41,779 bases of DNA from NCBI GenBank assembly GCA_002245135.1, contig NGBS01000043.1:1-41779 (forward strand). The letters run 5' to 3'. Shown here piece after piece: positions 32,339 to 41,779 of this stretch; positions within the stretch are counted from its first letter, which is position 1; the number at the start of each line of letters is the position of its first letter. The notes beneath the pieces are model-generated. The model had not been told where the DNA came from. It did no database searches and was given only the letters and a program-made list of their open reading frames with translations. The position numbers and the translations under genes are program-made. Source of the stretch: Proteromonas lacertae (lineage: Eukaryota).

Positions 32339-33199
32339 GTTCTAAAAATAATTGCTATTTTTTTATATTTTTATATCTTTATTATAATAGGATTATTAAT
32401 ATATAGTATTAATTTTCATCAGAATGTAACAAGTTGTCCCATAGGTTATAAAATTCTAGTATCTGGATCTTCTAATAATCACTTTTTATTACAATTATTG
32501 TTTCTATACAGAGTATATACTGTTGAAAAAAATATATGTATAGTAATATGGGATTTAGGCTTATCATTATTTAATAGCAGAAAATTATATAATGTTAAGA
32601 AATATATAGAAAGTAAGAATTTAAAAGTTCATATAAAATGTTTCAATTATGATATACATCCTTCTCATTTTAATATTAATATGAATGCTGGATATTATTC
32701 TTGGAAACCATTTGTTATATGGTATAGTTATAAGTACTACAAAAGAAGTATTCTATGGCTTGATTGTGGATGTTATATTAAAAATAAATTAGATTATGAA
32801 TTTAATGAAATTAAGAAAAAGAAGATATACTCAATAAGTTCAGGAACAACAATTAAAAAATATACACACAATAGCATGTTTCATTTGTTTAATGTAAAAA
32901 ATGAAATTTATAATAAAACAATGTGTTCAGGAGGAGTTGTAGGGCTTTATTATCCTTCAAATCTAGTTATTTATATTATGAATTTATGGAAAGCATGTGC
33001 TTTAATTAAAAATTGTATATCACCACCTGGAGCTAATAGAGGAAATCATAGACAAGACCAAAGTATATTATCAATAATATTATATCAAAATAACATTGAT
33101 TGTAGTATAAACCATCAAAAAGACTTTACAACTCATTTTGATAAATATTTAGACAAATATAATGATTCAAAATTTAAAAATTTGATATTGTCTGTTTAA
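32339..33199 (+). CDS. DUF1647-like putative glycosyltransferase
   Basis: The upstream-extended frame gives a TM anchor and VSGSSNNHF, then WDLGL, YSWKPFVI, LWLDCG and NHRQDQSILS. There is no ATG before the anchor. Confidence 0.75.
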   Translation, partial: VLKIIAIFLYFYIFIIIGLLIYSINFHQNVTSCPIGYKILVSGSSNNHFLLQLLFLYRVYTVEKNICIVIWDLGLSLFNSRKLYNVKKYIESKNLKVHIKCFNYDIHPSHFNINMNAGYYSWKPFVIWYSYKYYKRSILWLDCGCYIKNKLDYEFNEIKKKKIYSISSGTTIKKYTHNSMFHLFNVKNEIYNKTMCSGGVVGLYYPSNLVIYIMNLWKACALIKNCISPPGANRGNHRQDQSILSIILYQNNIDCSINHQKDFTTHFDKYLDKYNDSKFKNLILSV

Positions 33200-33254
33200 T
33201 AGCTGTAAGAAAAGGAGACTTATCAAGGAATGAACATCTTCAAATATAGTATTA

Positions 33255-33760
33255 TTGTTTTATTTTTCCTGTAGTTATAAAGAGTATTGCTTATATAAGG
33301 ATTATAAGCATATTACATATTTTGATCTTGCATCTAATAATGGAGATTCCATTTTATGGCTATTTGGATACAAAAACACTAACAATTCATATCATGTTCC
33401 ATATCCTAAATTGCATCATTATCCTACCTCTAGAGTTTATGTTCATTCTTTTGAAAGAAATCCTTTACTTTGTAATTATATTCAAAATAATGTTGCCCTA
33501 TCAAATAGAACTGGATATATAAATATAAAAAAAACTACTGGGAACATTAGGTAGTTCATTATATTATAATAAATCAGATAGTAAATCAAACATGATTACA
33601 ATAAAATCAATAGACATTATATCATATTTTCATCAGCATATCAAATAAAAACATTTTAATATCCTAAAATTCGATTTTGAAGGTGAAGAATATTTTATGA
33701 TTCCAAATTTTATAGAAAATAATGTTTTAAGATATTCTGATTTCACCCTTTTATAAATAA
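33255..33760 (+). pseudogene. Degraded FkbM-like methyltransferase
   Basis: YFDLASNNGDS, HSFERNP and NVALS, then, after stops and shifts, IKSIDI and LKFDFEGEEY. Confidence 0.6.
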
Positions 33761-34576
33761 TCTTGGAGGAATAGATAAATCAAAAGATATTATTTTATAA
33801 TTTTAAGAAATATATGGAGTTTTATATCATTCCATATTTCGAAGAGTATAAAATAAGCAAAGAATTTATGAAGATCTATTATTATAAGTTTGATGTGTTG
33901 TTTCTTTTTAGAAAAAATTATTATTTAATTATAATGCTAAAATAAGAAATGATTATTATATTAAATTATAAAATTCATTTCACAAGTTATTTCCATTTAA
34001 CACTTACAATCAAACATAGATTATTCAAACCTCTTGATTTTATGAAATGGCTATTTAATTTGAATTATAAAAACGAATATAGCAGCAGTTTTTGATAGTA
34101 TTTAAATCCTTATTCGTTTTAATTACTAATTAGCTAATTCCTTTTTACAGATTTGATTGAGTTACAGGTATATGTTTACTGTTGCTGCTGGTGGTTCTTC
34201 TTGTTGTTGTTTCAACTGTGGCTATATAAATGGTTTAACATTTGGTTTTATAATATTCTTCATTTTATCATCTGAGAAGTATAAATTCATATATTCGTTC
34301 ATGTCTAAAGTATCTTGATGTTTGATAGGAATTAATTTTTCATAATCAAATTTGCATACGAAACATTGTTGAATTGCACAGGCAGATTTTCTAGCTCAAT
34401 GTAATTAAACTGAGGTGGATTTTGTTTCTTCTTTAATTATTTTGTATCATAGTAAGGTAACTTTGTACAATTCGTCACAGATGATATTAAGGTGCTGGAT
34501 ATTTCGACTGACCTTTCGGTAGAATTCATAAGCTTTGCACATAATTCATTGTTAGTTTCTTGTTTGACTCTATCTG

Positions 34577-34777
34577 CTAGCTTTTTTTGATTGATTGATT
34601 TGAATGAATAATACCTTTCTCCATCATATCGGTCATATTTGAACGAATGTCTGCGATATCTACCTCATTTGGAATACAATTGTGTGCTTTGAAGTATTTG
34701 TACAGTGCTAGAGCGATCACATAGAGTATAAATACTAATACAGAGAGTAAAATTGTCATTATATCGTTCACCACCAT
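34577..34777 (-). CDS. Small membrane-anchored hypothetical protein, probable first exon of a longer degraded gene
   Basis: ATG start and TM segment. A possible 38-nt intron extends the frame (see mirror copy 37693-37730). Confidence 0.35.
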   Translation of the reverse strand: MVVNDIMTILLSVLVFILYVIALALYKYFKAHNCIPNEVDIADIRSNMTDMMEKGIIHSNQSIKKS

Positions 34778-35062
34778 ACAAAAAATTTAAATCAATCAAC
34801 AAAAAATTAAAAAATAATACAATTAGACTTTATAATGCTTGCTTTGCAAGGCATAAATGTTTCACAATAATAAATACTATAAAAAACACCACTTTAATGA
34901 GTAGTCTTCTTCATTATGTATGTTATTTACATCAATTTCATAATTAAAATTACTTCTTCAGATTGTGTATATACAGAATTAATAATTAACATACCATCAA
35001 TAGTTATCTTAATGTGATTTTATGGAATAAGAACTTGTCTTATATAAATTCTAAAAAGCCGA

Positions 35063-35872
35063 TTGCTTATTTTATTAGGTCATTATCCTTTACATTATTT
35101 TATTATTCAATATATAACTATGCTATATAAATATAAACTTAAAAGTATAATATTTATTACTCTATGCTATATCATTGTTTTATATTATTTGTTGTTTAAT
35201 AGAGAATTTAATTCATGCTGGAGATTAATTCCTCATGATAATTTAATTAAAAAAGTAAATGAAAAATGTGTTGATAATCCTTTTTCATATTCTTTCGATT
35301 GGACAGATATACCATTGTGTAATGGAATTGAATGTGGTTTAATTAAAGAAAGAATTAAGAAGAATATAATATTTTTCACCATAGCAGATAATAATAGTAT
35401 TAGATATATACATAACTCATTTAAAATATTTTACATTCCTTATAATATTAAAAGCTTAATCACAATTGTTCATGAGAAGAGTTTATTAAATAACTGTAAA
35501 GAATATAACATATTTTGTATTTATAATAAATGGCCAACAATAATACACCAACTAAATACAACTTATAGAAGTAAGGTTTTCTATTTAAAATATTATTACA
35601 TACATTACTTTCTACAATATCATTTTTCAATTCTTTATGTTGATAGTGATGTTATTTTTGTTCAAAATTGCCTCAGAAACATATTAAATAGAAATGAAGA
35701 TCTATTATTACTAAAAAGTCAATTAAAATATATATTTGGTAATGCTGGGATTATGTATTAGAAAACATCAAAGATGTAGATAATTAAACTATTCAAATAA
35801 TAGAAATATTGTTATGTATGAAATGAAACGAAAATTATATGATAAATACTTTAATGAGAATTTCTAATAATG
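35063..35872 (+). pseudogene. Nucleotide-diphospho-sugar transferase (GT77-like), 3'-truncated at the inversion junction
   Basis: KYYYIHYFL, ILYVDSDVIF and GNAGIMY, then a stop. The likely start is the second Met. Confidence 0.7.
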
Positions 35873-35899
35873 TTTAATTTAAGTATGCCAAAGTAGAAT

Positions 35900-37245
35900 T
35901 ATTTAACTATGAATAATTGATATTTAAGTATCATTTCTTGATTTATTTCTTCTAGATTTATCTCTATTTTCCTTTCTTTTACTACAGCAGGAACTAATGG
36001 ATGTCTCAAAAAAGAGTAAATAGTTAGGAATAGTAAGAATATAATAATCTAGCAACTAACATACAAAAAGATATTGATTCTCTTATTCTAATATTCTGTT
36101 TGTTAAAAATATTTAATAACGTTAAATCACCAAAACTATTATTCATCCTGTAAACACATTTCGGCATGTTACATTTTTGATCAGGTAATATTATTATTAA
36201 ATTAAACAATTTACATATAGTTACTACAGTAGAAATATTTCTAACAATATAATATCTGGAAAATGTTATATATTTGTTTTTTAAGGATGTGTAATATTGT
36301 TGCTTATCAATATAATATAACATTCTCTCTTTAAGTGAAAACTCTTTATCACAATGAATTGGATGAACTACACAAATATATTTAAGATCCTTTTCTGGAG
36401 GTATTCCTACAGTGTACAATGGTAATGTATATAGACCATTATTAGAAATTCTCATTAAAGTATTTATCATATAATTTTCGTTTCATTTCATACATAACAA
36501 TATTTCTATTATTTGAATAGTTTAATTATCTACATCTTTGATGTTTTCTAATACATAATCCCAGCATTACCAAATATATATTTTAATTGACTTTTTAGTA
36601 ATAATAGATCTTCATTTCTATTTAATATGTTTCTGAGGCAATTTTGAACAAAAATAACATCACTATCAACATAAAGAATTGAAAAATGATATTGTAGAAA
36701 GTAATGTATGTAATAATATTTTAAATAGAAAACCTTACTTCTATAAGTTGTATTTAGTTGGTGTATTATTGTTGGCCATTTATTATAAATACAAAATATG
36801 TTATATTCTTTACAGTTATTTAATAAACTCTTCTCATGAACAATTGTGATTAAGCTTTTAATATTATAAGGAATGTAAAATATTTTAAATGAGTTATGTA
36901 TATATCTAATACTATTATTATCTGCTATGGTGAAAATATTATATTCTTCTTAATTCTTTCTTTAATTAAACCACATTCAATTCCATTACACAATGGTATA
37001 TCTGTCCAATCGAAAGAATATGAAAAAGGATTATCAACACATTTTTCATTTACTTTTTTAATTAAATTATCATGAGGAATTAATCTCCAGCATGAATTAA
37101 ATTCTCTATTAAACAACAAATAATATAAAACAATGATATAGCATAGAGTAATAAATATTATACTTTTAAGTTTATATTTATATAGCATAGTTATATATTG
37201 AATAATAAAATAATGTAAAGGATAATGACCTAATAAAATAAGCAA
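35900..37245 (-). pseudogene. GT77-like transferase, longer copy continuing through the unique loop
   Basis: Mirror of the 35063 gene with an extra frameshift near 36931. Its 3' part (ORF 36024-36470 and a SFLRHPLVP segment) lies in the spacer. The 3' end is approximate. Confidence 0.6.
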
Positions 37246-37529
37246 TCGGCTTTTTAGAATTTATATAAGACAAGTTCTTATTCCATAAAATCACATTAAG
37301 ATAACTATTGATGGTATGTTAATTATTAATTCTGTATATACACAATCTGAAGAAGTAATTTTAATTATGAAATTGATGTAAATAACATACATAATGAAGA
37401 AGACTACTCATTAAAGTGGTGTTTTTTATAGTATTTATTATTGTGAAACATTTATGCTTGCAAAGCAAGCATTATAAAGTCTAATTGTATTATTTTTTAA
37501 TTTTTTGTTGATTGATTTAAATTTTTTGT

Positions 37530-37730
37530 ATGGTGGTGAACGATATAATGACAATTTTACTCTCTGTATTAGTATTTATACTCTATGTGATCGCTCTAGC
37601 ACTGTACAAATACTTCAAAGCACACAATTGTATTCCAAATGAGGTAGATATCGCAGACATTCGTTCAAATATGACCGATATGATGGAGAAAGGTATTATT
37701 CATTCAAATCAATCAATCAAAAAAAGCTAG
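37530..37730 (+). CDS. Mirror copy of small membrane-anchored hypothetical protein
   Basis: Identical translation to 34577-34777. Confidence 0.35.
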   Translation: MVVNDIMTILLSVLVFILYVIALALYKYFKAHNCIPNEVDIADIRSNMTDMMEKGIIHSNQSIKKS

Positions 37731-38549
37731 CAGATAGAGTCAAACAAGAAACTAACAATGAATTATGTGCAAAGCTTATGAATTCTACCGAAAGGTCAGT
37801 CGAAATATCCAGCACCTTAATATCATCTGTGACGAATTGTACAAAGTTACCTTACTATGATACAAAATAATTAAAGAAGAAACAAAATCCACCTCAGTTT
37901 AATTACATTGAGCTAGAAAATCTGCCTGTGCAATTCAACAATGTTTCGTATGCAAATTTGATTATGAAAAATTAATTCCTATCAAACATCAAGATACTTT
38001 AGACATGAACGAATATATGAATTTATACTTCTCAGATGATAAAATGAAGAATATTATAAAACCAAATGTTAAACCATTTATATAGCCACAGTTGAAACAA
38101 CAACAAGAAGAACCACCAGCAGCAACAGTAAACATATACCTGTAACTCAATCAAATCTGTAAAAAGGAATTAGCTAATTAGTAATTAAAACGAATAAGGA
38201 TTTAAATACTATCAAAAACTGCTGCTATATTCGTTTTATAATTCAAATTAAATAGCCATTTCATAAAATCAAGAGGTTTGAATAATCTATGTTTGATTGT
38301 AAGTGTTAAATGGAAATAACTTGTGAAATGAATTTTATAATTTAATATAATAATCATTTCTTATTTTAGCATTATAATTAAATAATAATTTTTTCTAAAA
38401 AGAAACAACACATCAAACTTATAATAATAGATCTTCATAAATTCTTTGCTTATTTTATACTCTTCCGAAATATGGAATGAATATAAACTCCATATATTTC
38501 TTAAATTATAAATAATATCTTTTGATTTATCTATTCCTCCAAGGATTAT

Positions 38550-39053
38550 TTATAAAAGGGTGAAATCAGAATATCTTAAAAACATTATTTTCTATAAAAT
38601 TTGGAATCAATAAAATATTCTTCACCTTCAAAATCGAATTTTAGGATATTAAAATGTTTTTATTTGATATGCTGATGAAAATATGATATAATGTCTATTG
38701 ATTTTATTGTAATCATGTTTGATTTACTATCTGATTTATTATAATATAATGAACTACCTAATGTTCCCAGTAGTTTTTTTTATATTTATATATCCAGTTC
38801 TATTTGATAGGGCAACATTATTTTGAATATAATTACAAAGTAAAGGATTTCTTTCAAAAGAATGAACATAAACTCTAGAGGTAGGATAATGATGCAATTT
38901 AGGATATGGAACATGATATGAATTGTTAGTGTTTTTGTATCCAAATAGCCATAAAATGGAATCTCCATTATTAGATGCAAGATCAAAATATGTAATATGC
39001 TTATAATCCTTATATAAGCAATACTCTTTATAACTACAGGAAAAATAAAACAA
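38550..39053 (-). pseudogene. Mirror copy of degraded FkbM-like methyltransferase
   Basis: Identical 99-aa ORF at 38754-39053. Confidence 0.55.
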
Positions 39054-39108
39054 TAATACTATATTTGAAGATGTTCATTCCTTGATAAGTCTCCTTTTCT
39101 TACAGCTA

Positions 39109-39969
39109 TTAAACAGACAATATCAAATTTTTAAATTTTGAATCATTATATTTGTCTAAATATTTATCAAAATGAGTTGTAAAGTCTTTTTGATGGTTTA
39201 TACTACAATCAATGTTATTTTGATATAATATTATTGATAATATACTTTGGTCTTGTCTATGATTTCCTCTATTAGCTCCAGGTGGTGATATACAATTTTT
39301 AATTAAAGCACATGCTTTCCATAAATTCATAATATAAATAACTAGATTTGAAGGATAATAAAGCCCTACAACTCCTCCTGAACACATTGTTTTATTATAA
39401 ATTTCATTTTTTACATTAAACAAATGAAACATGCTATTGTGTGTATATTTTTTAATTGTTGTTCCTGAACTTATTGAGTATATCTTCTTTTTCTTAATTT
39501 CATTAAATTCATAATCTAATTTATTTTTAATATAACATCCACAATCAAGCCATAGAATACTTCTTTTGTAGTACTTATAACTATACCATATAACAAATGG
39601 TTTCCAAGAATAATATCCAGCATTCATATTAATATTAAAATGAGAAGGATGTATATCATAATTGAAACATTTTATATGAACTTTTAAATTCTTACTTTCT
39701 ATATATTTCTTAACATTATATAATTTTCTGCTATTAAATAATGATAAGCCTAAATCCCATATTACTATACATATATTTTTTTCAACAGTATATACTCTGT
39801 ATAGAAACAATAATTGTAATAAAAAGTGATTATTAGAAGATCCAGATACTAGAATTTTATAACCTATGGGACAACTTGTTACATTCTGATGAAAATTAAT
39901 ACTATATATTAATAATCCTATTATAATAAAGATATAAAAATATAAAAAAATAGCAATTATTTTTAGAAC
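39109..39969 (-). CDS. Mirror copy of DUF1647-like protein
   Basis: Identical 233-aa ORF at 39109-39810. Confidence 0.72.
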   Translation of the reverse strand, partial: VLKIIAIFLYFYIFIIIGLLIYSINFHQNVTSCPIGYKILVSGSSNNHFLLQLLFLYRVYTVEKNICIVIWDLGLSLFNSRKLYNVKKYIESKNLKVHIKCFNYDIHPSHFNINMNAGYYSWKPFVIWYSYKYYKRSILWLDCGCYIKNKLDYEFNEIKKKKIYSISSGTTIKKYTHNSMFHLFNVKNEIYNKTMCSGGVVGLYYPSNLVIYIMNLWKACALIKNCISPPGANRGNHRQDQSILSIILYQNNIDCSINHQKDFTTHFDKYLDKYNDSKFKNLILSV

Positions 39970-40080
39970 TTAGTTTATATGTTGAATTATAAACTATTTA
40001 TGATCTTCCTTCAAATTATAAGAGATATAACTATTTTACCCGAACCATCATGTTAACACATTTATCACATAAATAATGCC

Positions 40081-40820
40081 TGTTGTGTGCCGTTTGGCAG
40101 AGTTGGCCGTTTGTCTACCAGACACTTTAAAACAATCTAAATGCATATTATTACTTATTTTAATGAAAAATTGTTACTTTTGTATTTATTTTGTCATATA
40201 ACCTACATCTACAATATACTTCAGTATTGTATAAATATTTATTAAAGAATTTATACTATATACATTTTATAATAATTGTATTGCTTGTGTTATAACCAAA
40301 TAATGATAGCTTATATATTGAAATATTTTAAAACCGAAAATAGTGAAGTTGAAAAGGCTTAAAGTTTGTATATCTATTTTGCAATCATATATATGTAATA
40401 TGAAATGGCTTGATATAAAGCACAAGTAATATGCAAAATAATATATTAGTTATGCAATGGCATGAATGAGTACTTTTTATTATGAAGCACAGTATATTTA
40501 TTTCGCAACAAATGTTGTTTACTCATAAATATTATAAAATATTGTATAAGTAAGTTGCAGAACATTGCATTTTGTTTTTAAGTATCTTATCATCAATATT
40601 TACGTATATTATTAATCTCAGCTAATGTATTTTAGTTTCTAGTAGTGATTGAAACACTAAAACAAAAAATAAAAATAAATGCGTTTTCATATATACAATA
40701 CTGAAGTTCACAAAAGAGTATATTGCAGATGTAAGTTATATGACAAAATAAGTACAAAAGTAACAATTTTTCATTAAAACAAGTAATAATATGCATTTAG
40801 TTTGTTTTAAAGTGTCTGGC
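40081..40820. mobile_element. Mirror copy of TGT-ended non-autonomous element
   Basis: Begins TGTTGTGTGCCGTTTG. Reverse complement of 31489-32227. Confidence 0.8.
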
Positions 40821-41149
40821 AGACACTAACACTGTGAACCTAGGTCATAACTATAAATGATCACCGTCTGCAACTTTATCTAAAGTTCTTTGCTGATTGT
40901 CCATTAAAAATGTTGAAATAAATATTGTTTTCCCTGATCCATCTCCACAACCAGGTTTTTAAAGACTTTTCCATAGGCATTTTTATATATCTTCTTACCT
41001 TATAATACGGTATTTTGTTTTTTGAAATTTCAGCTCATGTTATTAATTTGCTAAATTTTTAACATATAAAATTGTATTTATTCTTCTATAACAATTGAAA
41101 GTTGCTATAAAGGAAATTTCCTTTATTAGGAATTTCCAGATAGAATATC

Positions 41150-41779
41150 ATGTTGTTCATTTCAGAAATTACATTTCTTTTTATTGTAATCTGTATTGTT
41201 TTATATCTATATATCCATCATAATATTTGTAATAACATCACAAAAATTAAACATATTGTACTTCCTACAATTATAAATGAGCAATCATATTATTTTAGCA
41301 AAGCAGTATATTCTGACGCTTCTTTTATTCAATTGCTTAAGACTAGTGATGCTGTTTCTAATACTATAAGAGGAAGAGGAATGTGGCCTGAATGTCAAGA
41401 AATGTTTAATATTTATAAATCAGGATGTAAAGATGGTATATTCATAGATTTTGGAGCTAATATTGGCTCATGTTCATTTGTATTTGCTCAAGCTAGAGTA
41501 AAAGTCTATGCATTTGAACCTCTTCCGAATAATCTTTTTCAATTTAGCATGACTACTTTCTTAAATTCAAATTTTTCAAAATATATAACTATATATCCTT
41601 ACGCATTAGGGAGAAAAGAAAAAAAACAGTATATGAAAATAGCTAAAGATAATTGGTCCTACTCATCATTATACTATAATCATACAGATTATGAAGAAAT
41701 TATAAATGTAAAAAAATTGGATGATTTTGATAATCTTATACCCACAAAAGTATCAATGATAAAAATTGATATCGAAGGA
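41150..41779 (+). CDS. Mirror copy of FkbM-family methyltransferase (runs off window)
   Basis: ATG at 41150. Reverse complement of 30527-31156. Confidence 0.85.
   Translation, partial: MLFISEITFLFIVICIVLYLYIHHNICNNITKIKHIVLPTIINEQSYYFSKAVYSDASFIQLLKTSDAVSNTIRGRGMWPECQEMFNIYKSGCKDGIFIDFGANIGSCSFVFAQARVKVYAFEPLPNNLFQFSMTTFLNSNFSKYITIYPYALGRKEKKQYMKIAKDNWSYSSLYYNHTDYEEIINVKKLDDFDNLIPTKVSMIKIDIEG

Larger units (their letters stand above)
30527..35872. repeat. Left arm of >=5.3-kb inverted duplication
   Basis: Reverse complement of 36437-41779, with mirrored ORFs. The differences I noticed are isolated 1-nt indels. Confidence 0.97.
36437..41779. repeat. Right arm of inverted duplication (runs to window end)
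   Basis: Reverse complement of 30527-35872. Confidence 0.97.

Noticed and set aside
14379..36470. Bacterial LPS/capsule operon or phage origin
   Set aside because: Mixed gene orientations, type II membrane anchors, a spliceosomal-type intron and eukaryotic DNA transposons argue for nuclear DNA.
30527..41779. Inverted arms as terminal inverted repeats of the Polinton
   Set aside because: The arms are adjacent around a 564-bp loop and contain glycan genes. They do not flank the viral genes.

Overview
This is very AT-rich eukaryotic DNA. Several 30-34 nt GT-AG introns point to a protist host; a Blastocystis-like stramenopile is an inference only. The window has three parts. (1) Bases 1-~13.7 kb are a decaying Polinton/Maverick-like endogenous viral element. 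It encodes a protein-primed DNA polymerase B, a ~1130-aa RGG/coiled-coil protein split by 1-nt indels, a basic core-like protein with G-x-G cleavage-type motifs and an adenain-type maturation protease. It also encodes a KRBA2/Ginger2-type integrase that two tiny introns join in frame to a Ulp1-like protease. This block ends in a ...CAAACGGCGCACAACA-type terminus that is also carried by non-autonomous copies elsewhere in the window. (2) Bases ~14.4-36 kb are a dense island of surface-glycan genes: GT31 x3, GT92 x2, GT61, a fucosyltransferase-like gene, GT77-like, GT2-like, DUF1647, OafA-like O-acyltransferases and FkbM-like methyltransferases. The island is partly pseudogenised and carries at least four families of non-autonomous DNA transposons (hAT-like with an 8-bp TSD, a MULE-like foldback with a 9-bp TSD, a short GG-ended element and a TGT-ended element). 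(3) A near-perfect inverted duplication of at least 5.3 kb (30527-35872 vs 36437-41779) surrounds a 564-bp unique loop. It could be a real fold-back or an amplification/assembly chimera. No major capsid or packaging ATPase gene was recognised in the window. All family calls come from motif reading, not database searches.
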